NCBI GenBank assembly: GCA_963816145.1
Contig: CAWFJP010000001.1
Location: 192,001-256,000 of the forward strand
Length of the DNA stretch: 64,000 nt
Source: an uncultured delta proteobacterium
Lineage (GTDB): Bacteria; Desulfobacterota; Binatia; UBA9968
Reading direction: 5' to 3'
The first letter of the stretch is position 1. Every line of letters starts with the position of its first letter. The notes under the pieces were generated by a model. The model did no database searches. It was not told where the DNA came from and was given only the letters and a program-made list of their open reading frames with translations. The translations under genes were made by a program, and so were the position numbers. This document shows positions 27,282 to 38,078 of the stretch, piece by piece.

Positions 27282-28370
27282 ATGAAGAAAAAACTAAGAA
27301 TCGCCCTCCTCTTCGGCGGCAAGTCCGCCGAGCATGAAATCTCGCTGATCTCCGCCCGCAACATCGTCGCGGCGATGGACAAAAACAAATACGACATCGT
27401 CGCCATCGGCATCGATAAGCAGGGCCGCTGGCATCTCGACCGGAGCGCGAGACTTTTACTGGGCGGAGAAAGGGCCAAGGTCGAATTTCGCGACGCCAGG
27501 AATGCCGCGGCGATCATGCCGGGTAATAGCGCAACACCGATGGTGCGTCGAAGCGGCGCAGCGGGACTTCCCGGTATCGACGTCGTGTTTCCGATCCTCC
27601 ATGGACCTTTTGGCGAAGATGGCACAGTTCAGGGGTTGTTAAAGCTCGCCAACTTGCCATTTGTCGGCGCCGGCGTGTTGGGCTCCGCGGTCGGCATGGA
27701 CAAAGATGTGATGAAGCGGCTGCTGCGCGACGCTGGGATTTCCATCGGCAAGTTCTTGGCCTTCGAACGCGCGGATAAAATCAGTTTTGCCAAAGTGAAG
27801 CGAACCCTCGGCATGCCGTTGTTCGTCAAACCGGCGAACTTGGGTTCATCGGTGGGTATCAACAAAGTTACCAAGCCCAGCCAGTTCAGCAGCGCGCTCA
27901 AAGAGGCGTTCCGTTACGACAACAAGATCGTTATCGAAGAGTTCATCGCGGGCCGCGAAATCGAGTGTTCCGTGCTCGGCAACGACCACCCCATCGCTTC
28001 ACTACCCGGCGAAATCGTCGTCAACCGCGATTTCTATTCCTACGATGCCAAGTATCTCGACGCGCACGGCTCGCGCCTGGAGATCCCCGCCAAGCTGCCA
28101 GCGAAGGTGATTACGGAAATCCGTCAAACCGCGATCCAAGCTTACAAGGCGCTATGCTGCCAGGGCATGGGGCGAATCGATTTTTTTGTCCAAGCGAACG
28201 GCCGGGTGGTGGTCAACGAGATCAACACCATCCCCGGCTTCACCAAGATCAGCATGTATCCGAAGATGTGGGAAGCTTCCGGGATTCCTTATGCAAAGTT
28301 GATCGACCGATTGATTAGACTGGCACTGGAAAGGTTTCGTCGCGAACAGCGCTTAAGATCGTCCAAATAG
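27282..28370 (+). CDS. ddl: D-alanine-D-alanine ligase (long DdlA type)
   Basis: [46 protein letters not shown]. Confidence 0.96.
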   Translation: MKKKLRIALLFGGKSAEHEISLISARNIVAAMDKNKYDIVAIGIDKQGRWHLDRSARLLLGGERAKVEFRDARNAAAIMPGNSATPMVRRSGAAGLPGIDVVFPILHGPFGEDGTVQGLLKLANLPFVGAGVLGSAVGMDKDVMKRLLRDAGISIGKFLAFERADKISFAKVKRTLGMPLFVKPANLGSSVGINKVTKPSQFSSALKEAFRYDNKIVIEEFIAGREIECSVLGNDHPIASLPGEIVVNRDFYSYDAKYLDAHGSRLEIPAKLPAKVITEIRQTAIQAYKALCCQGMGRIDFFVQANGRVVVNEINTIPGFTKISMYPKMWEASGIPYAKLIDRLIRLALERFRREQRLRSSK

Positions 28371-28754
28371 TCCCGGCCGCGCATGGAACGCGCGTGCGTT
28401 ACATGACATGATCCAAGACCGGCCCCAGGCTTTTGCGCCATCGTAACCGATCCACGCCGGTCCGTTGGCGACCAAGATTTTCTTTAAATCGAAACTCGGC
28501 AGTTGGCAACAGGCCAATCAGCGACGCTCTCTGAGGGCGAGCGATTCATTCGCACGGCGACAAATCTTGGTTCCGCGGCACCAACCAAAGCCCATCGGCG
28601 GCGCGCAAGCTTTGGCGCCGGTACCCACGCGTATCACCGCCGGAAAATTTCGATTGCTCCTCCAGTGGCTAGCCGGCAGATATCCTCGCCGTCCGTCCCT
28701 AGCGGATGCTACGGACGAACGGCACACCGGGGGAGGACCGATGTCGACAGAGGG

Positions 28755-29987
28755 CTAATCCATCTGCCTTCTTAGGAACGTCGGAATGTCGTACTTGTCG
28801 TCATCTTCCTGGTTGGCGCCCAAGGAAAAATTATTCTTGTTGAGCGTCACGGTCTCGATATCTTCGCTGCCCGGTTTCTTGCGTTGCCAGGTCGGCGCAT
28901 CGAGGTCGTCGACGATGGTACCGAGATGCACTACCTTCTTATTCTTCGGCATGGCGCCGGCGAGGTTCGCGACGGTGACCGCCGCCGGGACCTGCACTTG
29001 CACCGGCGCCGCTTTCGTTTCTTCTTTTTCCTCGCCGAAGCCGGTGGCGATGACGGTGATGCGGATCTCGTCGGCCATGCTTTCATCGATCACCGCGCCG
29101 AAAATGATATTGGCGTCGTCATGCGCTTCTTCTTGAATCATCGACGCCGCTTCGTTGACTTCGTGCAGGCAGAGATCCGGTCCGCCGGTAATATTGATCA
29201 ACACGCCGCGCGCGCCCTGAATCGAGATATCTTCGAGCAACGGGCTGGAAATCGCCTTTTGCGCCGCTTCGATGGCGCGGTTCTCACCGCTTGCCGAGGC
29301 CGCGCCCATGAGCGCCAAGCCCATCTCGGCCATCACCGTGCGCACATCAGCAAAGTCGAGGTTGATCAAGCCCGGCGTGATAATCAAATCCGAAATGCCG
29401 CGCACCGCTTGCAGCAAGACATCGTCGGCTTTGTGAAACGCTTCGATCATGGTCGTCGTCTTGGCCGCGATACTGAGCAATCGCTGGTTCGGAATCACGA
29501 TCAAGGTATCGACGCTCTGCTTCAACTCTTCGATGCCTTCTTCGGCCTGGCGCTGGCGCTTTTTGCCTTCGAAAATGAAAGGCTTGGTCACCACGCCGAC
29601 CGTCAGCGCGCCGACTTCACGGGCGATCCGCGCCACTACCGGCGCTCCGCCTGTGCCGGTGCCACCGCCCATGCCGGCAGTGATAAAGATCATGTCGGAG
29701 CCCTCTAAGTACTCCCTGATCTGTTCTTGATCCTCTAATGCCGCGCGCCGGCCGATCTCCGGGTTGGCCCCTGCGCCCAGCCCCTTGGTCACCGTGCCGC
29801 CCAGTTGCACCCGCACTGGCGCGTTGCTCGCTTCCAAGGACTGCGCATCGGTATTCGCCACCATGAAATCGACACCGGTCAGTCTGGCGCCGATCATGGT
29901 GTTGACCGCGTTGCCGCCGCCACCGCCGATACCGATAACCTTGATCCGCGCGGTCATGCTGTTCTGCCGCTCCAATATTTCAAACAT
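28755..29987 (-). CDS. ftsZ: Cell division protein FtsZ
   Basis: GGGGGNA, GGGTGTG tubulin motif, INLDFAD, C-terminal DIPTFLR. Confidence 0.98.
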   Translation of the reverse strand: MFEILERQNSMTARIKVIGIGGGGGNAVNTMIGARLTGVDFMVANTDAQSLEASNAPVRVQLGGTVTKGLGAGANPEIGRRAALEDQEQIREYLEGSDMIFITAGMGGGTGTGGAPVVARIAREVGALTVGVVTKPFIFEGKKRQRQAEEGIEELKQSVDTLIVIPNQRLLSIAAKTTTMIEAFHKADDVLLQAVRGISDLIITPGLINLDFADVRTVMAEMGLALMGAASASGENRAIEAAQKAISSPLLEDISIQGARGVLINITGGPDLCLHEVNEAASMIQEEAHDDANIIFGAVIDESMADEIRITVIATGFGEEKEETKAAPVQVQVPAAVTVANLAGAMPKNKKVVHLGTIVDDLDAPTWQRKKPGSEDIETVTLNKNNFSLGANQEDDDKYDIPTFLRRQMD

Positions 29988-30030
29988 ATTGTCTCCTCCT
30001 CCCACTAAACTTAAAAATCTTCATTCCGGT

Positions 30031-31257
30031 TTAAAAAAACTCACTGAGCCAATCCGACATGCGGTGCTTCACCTTGGCGAGCATCTTGTCGTCCCGCGGC
30101 CGCGCCATGCCGCGCTCCTGCCCCTTCATGCCATGCAACACGAGCCCAACGCCGACGGCGAAGATCGGACTAGCGATGACATCGACCAAACCGTTGACCT
30201 GCGTCGGCACGCCCAAGCGCACCGGCAAACCGAGGGTCCGCTCGGCCATTTCAACGGCGCCCGGCAGTAACATCGAACCGCCGGTGGCGACGATGCCTGA
30301 CGCCAGGGAGCCGTCAAAGCCGGACTTGGCGATTTCTTTCTGAACCAGCTCGAATATCTCTTCCAAGCGCGGCTCGATGATCTCGCAAAGGATTTGTCGC
30401 GATACGGTTCCCGCTTCCTTGCCGGCGATGCTGGGAACTTCGACCCGCTCCTCATCCATCGCCATCGCCGCTTTGGCGAAGCCATAGCGCTGCTTGATGC
30501 GCTCGGCGTCGTTGAACGGCGTGCGCAAACCGGCGGCGATATCATTGGTCACATGATTGCCGCCGATACCGAGCACCGCCGTATGCTTCACCGTGCCGTC
30601 ATGGTAGAGCGTGATATCGGTGGTGCCGCCGCCCATATCGACCAAGACCACGCCCAACTCGCGTTCTTCATCGGTGAGCACCGCTTCGGCGGCGGCCAGA
30701 GGCGCAAGCACGACTTCGGCGACATTGAGTCCGCTGCGATTGCAGCATTTGACGATGTTCTGCACCGAGGTCACCGCGCCGGTCACCACATGCACCTTGG
30801 CTTCCAGACGGACGCCGGACATGCCCAACGGTTCATTAATGCCGTCCTGCTCGTCGATAATGTAGTCCTGCGGCAAGACATGCAGCACTTCGCGGTCCAT
30901 CGGGATCGCCACGGCTTTGGCGGCGTCGATCACTCGGTCGAGATCGCGCTGCGCCACCTCTTTATTCTTCACTGCGACGATGCCGTGGCTGTTGAACGAT
31001 TTGATGTGACCGCCGGAAATACCCGCGAACACCGTATGAATCTCGCAGCCGGCCATCAACGCCGCTTCCTCCACCGCTCGTTTGATCGAACTGACGGTGC
31101 TCTCGATGTTGATGACGACGCCCTTGCGCAAGCCCGACGACGCATGGGTGCCGACACCAATGATGTCGACACCGCGCTCGGTCATCTCGCCGACGACGGC
31201 GCAAACTTTCGACGTTCCGATATCCAGGCCAACAACAATGCTATTTTTCTTCGCCAT
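30031..31257 (-). CDS. ftsA: Cell division protein FtsA
   Basis: GLDIGTSK, PLGMSGVRLE, DMGGGTTD; position in the dcw cluster. Confidence 0.97.
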   Translation of the reverse strand: MAKKNSIVVGLDIGTSKVCAVVGEMTERGVDIIGVGTHASSGLRKGVVINIESTVSSIKRAVEEAALMAGCEIHTVFAGISGGHIKSFNSHGIVAVKNKEVAQRDLDRVIDAAKAVAIPMDREVLHVLPQDYIIDEQDGINEPLGMSGVRLEAKVHVVTGAVTSVQNIVKCCNRSGLNVAEVVLAPLAAAEAVLTDEERELGVVLVDMGGGTTDITLYHDGTVKHTAVLGIGGNHVTNDIAAGLRTPFNDAERIKQRYGFAKAAMAMDEERVEVPSIAGKEAGTVSRQILCEIIEPRLEEIFELVQKEIAKSGFDGSLASGIVATGGSMLLPGAVEMAERTLGLPVRLGVPTQVNGLVDVIASPIFAVGVGLVLHGMKGQERGMARPRDDKMLAKVKHRMSDWLSEFF

Positions 31258-31298
31258 ATCCTTCTATCTGCCGGTTCGAATAATTGTTTCCGGCCCCT

Positions 31299-32114
31299 CT
31301 AATCCCTTTTTCCTCGCACACGGGCCACCACTTGATCGCGAAAACTCATATCCAAGGACGCCAACCGCTCCTCGTTGCCCTTCCACAATTCCAACAAACG
31401 ATCCAAGCGGGCGATCTTCTCCTCCCAATCGCCCCACCCCAAGCGCCACGCCACCGGAAATTTCGTCGGATACACCACCAAGCGGTCCGGCGCCTCGAAA
31501 TGAATCTCGGACAGCGTATGCGAGTGCTGCGCCATCAGATCCGTCAAACGTATGGCGTCGCGGATGCGGTTACGTGCCGCCGGATCGCCACGCAGCAGCG
31601 TTTCGGCATAGATGCCGGTGATCATCGGATATTTGATATACTCGCCGGAATCGACTTCCTTGAAGACAACGCCGTCGGCGTCGATGTAATAGAGCTTGCC
31701 GGCGCCGACGATCGCTTTCGGCGTGCGCTCTTCGACCTCGATGACGACCCGGCGCGGGAAATCGCGGCGCACCAACACCCGGCGCACCCAAGGATGTTTG
31801 GCGATTTTTTTCTCGATTGCGACCGCGTCGACGTTCCAGACATTCATGCCGCGGCGCAGTCCGGCGATGGCGACGATCTCGTCGCCGCCGACTTTCTCGC
31901 TGCCATGGACTTCGATCTGGCGCACGGCGAAGTAGCGGTTGTCGACGATAAAATCCCGCGTCGAACGCATGGCGATGGCAACCGGACCGCGGAGACGATG
32001 GAGCAACGCCACCCCAAGCAGCAACAAAACCAGCACGCCAGCGATCCACCCAACGCGCCGGCCGCGCCGCGCGTCGCGTTTGCGATTGTCTCGGCGATAG
32101 AGTTTCAATTGCAT
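31299..32114 (-). CDS. ftsQ: Cell division protein FtsQ/DivIB
   Basis: Single TM helix plus POTRA domain (HPWVRRVLVRRDFPRRVVIEVEER); upstream of ftsA. Confidence 0.9.
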   Translation of the reverse strand: MQLKLYRRDNRKRDARRGRRVGWIAGVLVLLLLGVALLHRLRGPVAIAMRSTRDFIVDNRYFAVRQIEVHGSEKVGGDEIVAIAGLRRGMNVWNVDAVAIEKKIAKHPWVRRVLVRRDFPRRVVIEVEERTPKAIVGAGKLYYIDADGVVFKEVDSGEYIKYPMITGIYAETLLRGDPAARNRIRDAIRLTDLMAQHSHTLSEIHFEAPDRLVVYPTKFPVAWRLGWGDWEEKIARLDRLLELWKGNEERLASLDMSFRDQVVARVRGKRD

Positions 32115-32124
32115 TTCGCTTCAA

Positions 32125-33075
32125 CTACTCGGTCGGCCACTCGCCGACAAACTTCACTTCAGGAACCAATTCGATATCAAAGCGCCGGCGCACCTCGCTC
32201 CGGGCCGCCTCCATCAGTTGCCGCACTTCGGCCGCTTTGGCGCCGCCGAGATTGACGATGAAGTTGGCATGGCGCGCGGCGATCTGCGCTTGGCCGATGC
32301 GATGGCCTTTCAAGCCAGCCGCTTCGATCAGTCTGCCTGCGAAATCGCCTGGTGGATTGCGAAACATCGATCCCGAGTTGGGAAACCCCGACGGCTGGCT
32401 GCTTTTCCGTTTGCCCACCAGTTCGCGTAATTTGGCATTCACCTGTGCCGGTTCCTGCCGGTGCAAACGCAATGTCACTCGGGTCACCACGGTGCCCGCG
32501 GGCAAATGCGAATCGCGATAGCTGAACGTCATCTCGGTTCGAGAGAAAACCACCGGTTGACCGTTAGGATCGATCGCCTCGACGCGCTCGATCACTTTCT
32601 CAAATTCAGTACCGTAAGCTCCTGCGTTCATCACCAATGCGCCGCCGACACTGCCGGGGATGCCTTCGGCAAACTCCAGGCCCGCGTATCCCTTGCGCGC
32701 CGCCTGGCGCACCAGCTGCGTCACCGCATAGGCCGCGCCGACTGCAACTTCGATACGGTCGCCGAGTTCGCGCCAGTCAATTTTTTTGAACTCGCCGGCC
32801 AAATGGATCACCGCGCCGCGCACGCCGCGGTCACTAATGAGCACATTGCTGCCGTTGCCTAACAGCCACAGCGGTACTTGATGGCGGCGCAGCGCGATGA
32901 GAACTGCGGCCAGCGCCGCGCCGGTGTCGACTTCGATGAAATAATCCGCCGGGCCGCCGATCTTCATCGACGTGTAACGCGCCAGCGGTTCATCGAGATT
33001 GAGTCTCACGCCGGCAATGGCGGCGAGTTCCGCCACCAGCGGCTCATGGTCAGTTATCTTTGCCATCGCAAACAT
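32125..33075 (-). CDS. murB: UDP-N-acetylenolpyruvoylglucosamine reductase
   Basis: IGGPAD, LGNGSNVL, GIPGSVGG, MNAGAYG, SGSMFRNP, HANF. Confidence 0.96.
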   Translation of the reverse strand: MFAMAKITDHEPLVAELAAIAGVRLNLDEPLARYTSMKIGGPADYFIEVDTGAALAAVLIALRRHQVPLWLLGNGSNVLISDRGVRGAVIHLAGEFKKIDWRELGDRIEVAVGAAYAVTQLVRQAARKGYAGLEFAEGIPGSVGGALVMNAGAYGTEFEKVIERVEAIDPNGQPVVFSRTEMTFSYRDSHLPAGTVVTRVTLRLHRQEPAQVNAKLRELVGKRKSSQPSGFPNSGSMFRNPPGDFAGRLIEAAGLKGHRIGQAQIAARHANFIVNLGGAKAAEVRQLMEAARSEVRRRFDIELVPEVKFVGEWPTE

Positions 33076-33086
33076 CGATCGTGAAC

Positions 33087-33168
33087 TGGCGTAATGGAGT
33101 GATGGAGTACAGGAGTAGTGTCCCCTCCCTACCCATTGCTCCATCACTCCATTGCTCCAACACTCCAT
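33087..33168. repeat. Hairpin of inverted 8-nt tandem units (TGGAGTRA-like)
   Basis: tggcgtaa tggagtga tggagtac aggagtag ... tgctccat cactccat tgctccaa cactccat. Confidence 0.8.
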
Positions 33169-33172
33169 TTTT

Positions 33173-34543
33173 TCACTGCAGCGCCTCGACCAAGGCCTCG
33201 CCGATTTTGTAAATATCGCCGGCTCCCAAGGTCAGCGCCACGTCGCCGGATTGCAGTTTACCGGCGACCTCGGCGACAATTTGATTTTTGTCGGCTATAT
33301 ACGCGACATCCAAATGGCCCTGGCGCTTGAGCGCCTGGTACAACGCCTCGCCGGTGGCGCCGGCGATCGGATCTTCGCCGGCGGCATAAATTTCGGTCAG
33401 CACCAGCCGGTCGGCGCCTTCGAAAGCGGTCAAGAACTCGTCGAAGAGATCGCGTGTGCGGGTGTAACGGTGCGGCTGGAAAATCACCGTCAATGGCCGC
33501 TTCCAACTGTCGCGAATGGCGCCGATGGTGGCGCGGATCTCGGCCGGGTGGTGCCCATAATCGTCGATCACCATCACCCCGTTCGGCTCGCCTTTGATTT
33601 CGAAGCGGCGATGAATGCCGCTGAACGCCGCGAGCGCCTGAGCCACATGGTCGAATGGGACTTCCAGTTCATGGGCCACCGCGATGGCCGCCAACGAATT
33701 GGTCGCGCTATGCTTCCCCGGCGAACGCAGGCGCACTTTGCCCAAGAACTTGCCGCGATGGCGCGCCGTGAATGCCACCCCGGCGGGGCTCATTTTCAAA
33801 TCATCGGCGGAGAACTCGGCTTCCGGCGACAGGCCATAGGTGGTGAAGCGCTTGCGCACCTTGGGCAACAAACCGCGCACATGAACGTCGTCAAGGCAGA
33901 GCACGGCAAGACCGTAGAACGGCACTTTGTTGATGAACGTCAAAAAATTCTCCGTCAGCCGTTCCATGGTGCCGTGATAATCCATGTGTTCTTTATCGAT
34001 ATTGGTCACCACCGCGATGGTCGGCGAGAGCAACAAAAAACTGCCGTCGCTTTCGTCCGCTTCAGCGACCAAGATATCGCCCTGGCCCATCTTGGCGTTG
34101 CTGCCGAGCATATGCAGCCGGCCGCCGATCACCATCGTCGGGTCCAAGCCGGCGGCGCTCAGCACCGCCGAAACCATCGAAGTGGTCGTGGTTTTGCCAT
34201 GGCTGCCGGCCACTGCGACGCCAAACTTCACGCGCATCAATTCGGCGAGCATTTCCGCCCGCGGAATCACCGGGATATGGCGCCGGCGCGCTTCCATGAC
34301 TTCCGGATTGGAATATTTAACCGCCGTCGAGATCACCAGGACGGACGGATTGGCGGCGATATTTTCTTCCTGATGGCCGATAAAAATTTGCGCGCCAAGA
34401 GCGCCCAGGCGTCGAGTAGCTTCGCTGGCCTGCAAGTCGGAGCCGCTCACGGCGTAACCGGAATTGAGCAACACTTCGGCGATACCGCTCATGCCGATTC
34501 CGCCGATACCGACGAAGTGAATTTTATGTTTCTTCTGCAACAT
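33173..34543 (-). CDS. murC: UDP-N-acetylmuramate-L-alanine ligase
   Basis: HFVGIGGIGMSG, GSHGKTTT, EADESDGSF, DDYGHHP, FQPHRY. Confidence 0.97.
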   Translation of the reverse strand: MLQKKHKIHFVGIGGIGMSGIAEVLLNSGYAVSGSDLQASEATRRLGALGAQIFIGHQEENIAANPSVLVISTAVKYSNPEVMEARRRHIPVIPRAEMLAELMRVKFGVAVAGSHGKTTTTSMVSAVLSAAGLDPTMVIGGRLHMLGSNAKMGQGDILVAEADESDGSFLLLSPTIAVVTNIDKEHMDYHGTMERLTENFLTFINKVPFYGLAVLCLDDVHVRGLLPKVRKRFTTYGLSPEAEFSADDLKMSPAGVAFTARHRGKFLGKVRLRSPGKHSATNSLAAIAVAHELEVPFDHVAQALAAFSGIHRRFEIKGEPNGVMVIDDYGHHPAEIRATIGAIRDSWKRPLTVIFQPHRYTRTRDLFDEFLTAFEGADRLVLTEIYAAGEDPIAGATGEALYQALKRQGHLDVAYIADKNQIVAEVAGKLQSGDVALTLGAGDIYKIGEALVEALQ

Positions 34544-34567
34544 TTAACTTCTACGCCCACTGCCAAG

Positions 34568-35635
34568 CTATGCCCGAGCCAAGTTGTAACAGGCATCGAC
34601 GATGCGCGCCGCCGCATCCGGCCGGCCCAAGGCGCGCGCCGCCGCCGCCATTCGTTCGAGCCCTGCCCGATCCGCGAAATAACCGCGAATCCGTTCGGCC
34701 AAAACCTCGCCGGTCAGTTCGCGATCCAAGATCATCGCCGCCGCGCCGCGCGCTTGCAGCGACTCGGCGTTACTGCGCTGATGATCGTAAATCGCATAAG
34801 GATATGGCACCAAAATCGCCGCCTTGCCGAACACCGTAAGCTCGGCGATGGTCATCGCCCCGGCGCGGCACAACACCAAATCGGCGCCGGCATAGGCTTC
34901 GTCCATCCGTACGATGAACGGCGTTACCAGCGCTTCGAACGGTAGCGAGGCGTAAACCTGTCTGATTGCGTCATAATCGAGCTGGCCGGTTTGATGCGTA
35001 ATGGCGATATCGTTTTTAAGATCGTCCAAGAGTTTTAGCGCATCGATGACGGCGTAGTTGATGCGCCGCGCCCCGGCGCTGCCGCCGAAAACCAGCAGCG
35101 TGAACTTATCGCTGCGTTTAACCTGCGGCACTACCGTCCAGCGCACCGGGTTGCCGGTTTCGAGCAGCCGCGCGCCGGGGAAATATTGCTCGCTCTCGCG
35201 GTAGGCGGTAAAGACACGATCGACCCAGCGGGCAAGCAGCTTATTGGTAAATCCCGGCCGCAGATTCTGTTCCATGATAGCGCAGCGAATTCGTTTGAGC
35301 TTTGCCGCCAATAACACCGGTCCGGATGCATAACCGCCGAGCCCGATCACGCAGTCAGGACGAAAACCGCGCAGGATCGCCAGCGAACGCATCAGCCCCG
35401 CCGGCACGCCGTAAAGCGCGTCAACTAAACCGCGCACACCACGCCCCTTCAAGCCTTTGACCGTCAACGTTTCCAGTTTGAATCCTTCTTTGGGTAACAC
35501 GCGATACTCGATGCCCTGTTCGGTGCCGATAAAAAGAATTTCCGTCTTGCCGTCGCGCCGTTGAAATTCCTGCGCCACCGCCAGCCCGGGGAACAGGTGG
35601 CCGCCCGTTCCGCCGCCGGCGAAAACGATCCGCAT
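34568..35635 (-). CDS. murG: Undecaprenyl-PP-MurNAc-pentapeptide GlcNAc transferase
   Basis: GGGTGGH, GGYAS, EQN, GNPVR, GGSAGA, RAGA. True start is MRIVF at 35635. Confidence 0.96.
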   Translation of the reverse strand: MRIVFAGGGTGGHLFPGLAVAQEFQRRDGKTEILFIGTEQGIEYRVLPKEGFKLETLTVKGLKGRGVRGLVDALYGVPAGLMRSLAILRGFRPDCVIGLGGYASGPVLLAAKLKRIRCAIMEQNLRPGFTNKLLARWVDRVFTAYRESEQYFPGARLLETGNPVRWTVVPQVKRSDKFTLLVFGGSAGARRINYAVIDALKLLDDLKNDIAITHQTGQLDYDAIRQVYASLPFEALVTPFIVRMDEAYAGADLVLCRAGAMTIAELTVFGKAAILVPYPYAIYDHQRSNAESLQARGAAAMILDRELTGEVLAERIRGYFADRAGLERMAAAARALGRPDAAARIVDACYNLARA

Positions 35636-35637
35636 CG

Positions 35638-36732
35638 TTAAACTCTCCGGCGCGATAGGCTGAGCAGTATGCCCGCCTCGGCCAGATTGATCAGCATCGC
35701 CGAGCCGCCATAACTGATAAACGGCAATACCAATCCTTTGGTCGGCATGAGCCCCATGACCACGCCCATGTGAATCAACGCTTGCAGCCCCAAAAGCACG
35801 GTCAAGCCGAACGCTAAATACTGATCGAACGGCTCTTCGATGCGCGAAGTCAGCCGCAAGCCGCGCAAGATAATGACGCCGAACAGCGCCAACACCAGCA
35901 AGGCGCCGAGCAAACCCAGCTCCTCGCCGATCACCGAGTAAACGAAATCGGTATGGGCCTCGGGCAAGTAAAATAACTTCTGCCGGCTCTCGCCCAAGCC
36001 GCGCCCCCACAACTGGCCGGAACCGAAGGCGATCAACGATTGAATGACGTGAAAGCCGCTGCCCGTCGGATCGCTCCACGGGTCCAGGAAGCTGAGCAAG
36101 CGGCGCACCCGGTAGTCCGCTTTGGTCATGATGTAAATCAGCAAGGGCAAGGCTAACAGGCCGGTGCTGAGCAAATGGTGCACGCGCACGCCGCCAATAA
36201 ACAACATCGAGTAGAGCAGCATGGTCAGGATCAAGGCGCTGCCGAAATCGGGTTCGAGCAAAAGCACTCCGGCGAAGACGCCGGTCACGATCATGTGCGG
36301 CAACACGCCGATCGAGAACGTGCCCATCACCGGCTCTTTCTTGGCGATGGAATGGGCGAGATAGACGACGATCGCCAACTTGGCCAACTCCGACGGTTGA
36401 AAGGCAAAGCCGGCCAGAGCGATCCAGCGGCGCGCGCCGCCGCGATTGGCGCCGATACCGGGTATCAGCACGAGAACCAACACTACCAGGGTCAGCGCCA
36501 ACAACGGGTAAGCGAAGCGGCGGTATTGATGTGATGGAATCAGCGAACAAACGATCAAGGCGATCACGCCGCCGCCCATGGCGAACAATTGTTTGCGGAA
36601 AAAGAACGTGCCGTCGGCGTAGCGCTCCTGGGAATAGAGATAGCTGGTGCTGAGCACCATGATCACACCCATGGCGAGCAAACCGATGACGGCCAGGAGA
36701 ATCCATTTATCGACGGCCAATGCGTCTCTCAT
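35638..36732 (-). CDS. ftsW: SEDS peptidoglycan polymerase FtsW
   Basis: GARRWI, FQPSELAK, EPDFGS, LPEAHTDF, PTKGLVLPFISYGGS. Confidence 0.96.
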   Translation of the reverse strand: MRDALAVDKWILLAVIGLLAMGVIMVLSTSYLYSQERYADGTFFFRKQLFAMGGGVIALIVCSLIPSHQYRRFAYPLLALTLVVLVLVLIPGIGANRGGARRWIALAGFAFQPSELAKLAIVVYLAHSIAKKEPVMGTFSIGVLPHMIVTGVFAGVLLLEPDFGSALILTMLLYSMLFIGGVRVHHLLSTGLLALPLLIYIMTKADYRVRRLLSFLDPWSDPTGSGFHVIQSLIAFGSGQLWGRGLGESRQKLFYLPEAHTDFVYSVIGEELGLLGALLVLALFGVIILRGLRLTSRIEEPFDQYLAFGLTVLLGLQALIHMGVVMGLMPTKGLVLPFISYGGSAMLINLAEAGILLSLSRRRV

Positions 36733-38063
36733 AGAGCGTGCACCAAATGCTTGAAAGTCTTGCCGCGCTCGGCGTAATTGCGAAATTGATCGAAACTCGA
36801 ACAAGCCGGGGACAACAGCACCACATCGCCCGGCTCGGCGTGCGCCGCAGCGTCGCGCACCGCCGCGGCGATATCGTCGACGAGCACGGTCGTCGTCAGT
36901 TGGCCCAAGGCGCCGGCGATGGTCTGTTTCGCCGCGCCGAAAAGCACCAAGCGGCGAACCTGATTTTTGATGCCATCCGCCAGCGGCCCATAATCGCCGC
37001 CCTTGTCGACGCCGCCGGCGAGTAATATGACGCGCCCGGAAAGGCTCGCCAGCGACTTCACCACCGCGCCGACATTGGTGCCCTTGGAATCGTTGTAATA
37101 GCGAACGCCGTCTTTCTCGCGCACGAATTCAAGACGGTGTTCGAGACCGGGGAACTCTTCGAGCGTGTGTTGTATTGCTCGGCGCGAAACACCGGCGCAC
37201 TTGGCCGCCGCGATGGCGGCCATGATATTTTCCACGTTATGCACGCCTTGGATCTTGGCCTTGGTTAACGAAAACCGCTGCTCATCAGCGCCGTCGCGCC
37301 AGATGACTTCCGTCGGGGTCGCGCACAAACCCTCGGCGACTTCGCTAAAGCCGAAGGAAACGATTCGCGCTGCGAGTCGACGGCGCAGCGCCCAAACCAG
37401 GGGATCGTCGCGGTTGAGGATCGCCACGTCGGTGCTTTGCTGGGCCGCGAAGATGCGCTCCTTGGCCTGGCAATAATCGGCGAAACTCGCGTAGCGGTCC
37501 AAGTGGTCTTCGGTGACATTAAGCAAAAGCGCGATGCGCGGACGAAACTGCTCAACCCATTCCAACTGAAAGCTGCTGATCTCGACCACACCCCAATCCC
37601 AAGAATCCTCCACCGCGCCGATAAAAGGCGCGCCCAAGTTGCCGCCGAGAAAAACTTTCTTGCCGTCGGCCGCAAGCATCTTGCCGATCAATGTTGTCGT
37701 CGTGCTTTTGCCGTTGGTGCCGGTGATCGCCACCAGCGGCGCGCCGAAGTGGCGGTAGGCCAGCTCGATTTCGCTGAGCACGGGAATCTTTCTCGCAACC
37801 GCTTCACGCAAAAGAAGAGTTTCCATGGGCACGCCGGGGCTCGGCACGACGTAGTCCATGCCATCGAGCCAATTTTTTTTCTCGCCGCCCAGATGGTAGG
37901 ACAACGACAAGTCGGCGAGCGCGGCCATTTCCTGGCCGAGTTCGGCGGCGCCGCGCAGGTCGCTAATCCACACCTTGGCCCCCTGCTGCGTTAGAAAGCG
38001 CGCGCATTCCCGTCCGGTGCGCGCCAGGCCGATGACTAAAGCCTTTTTTCCTTTGAGCTCCAT
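36729..38063 (-). CDS. murD: UDP-MurNAc-L-Ala-D-glutamate ligase
   Basis: SPGVP, ITGTNGKSTT, EISSFQL, DHLDR, NDSKGTN, LSPACSSFDQF. Confidence 0.97.
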   Translation of the reverse strand: MELKGKKALVIGLARTGRECARFLTQQGAKVWISDLRGAAELGQEMAALADLSLSYHLGGEKKNWLDGMDYVVPSPGVPMETLLLREAVARKIPVLSEIELAYRHFGAPLVAITGTNGKSTTTTLIGKMLAADGKKVFLGGNLGAPFIGAVEDSWDWGVVEISSFQLEWVEQFRPRIALLLNVTEDHLDRYASFADYCQAKERIFAAQQSTDVAILNRDDPLVWALRRRLAARIVSFGFSEVAEGLCATPTEVIWRDGADEQRFSLTKAKIQGVHNVENIMAAIAAAKCAGVSRRAIQHTLEEFPGLEHRLEFVREKDGVRYYNDSKGTNVGAVVKSLASLSGRVILLAGGVDKGGDYGPLADGIKNQVRRLVLFGAAKQTIAGALGQLTTTVLVDDIAAAVRDAAAHAEPGDVVLLSPACSSFDQFRNYAERGKTFKHLVHAL

Positions 38064-38078
38064 GTAACATCGTCACAG

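Noticed and set aside
28465-28758. 97-aa ORF between ddl and ftsZ
   Set aside because: TTG start without a clear RBS and no motifs; cannot be supported, though a small gene is not excluded.
33152-34945. 597-aa plus-strand ORF
   Set aside because: Antisense to murC/murG; a typical high-GC shadow ORF.
35636-36706. Apparent 356-aa N-terminal extension of MurG (712-aa ORF)
   Set aside because: Alternative frame over ftsW; MurG starts at 35635.
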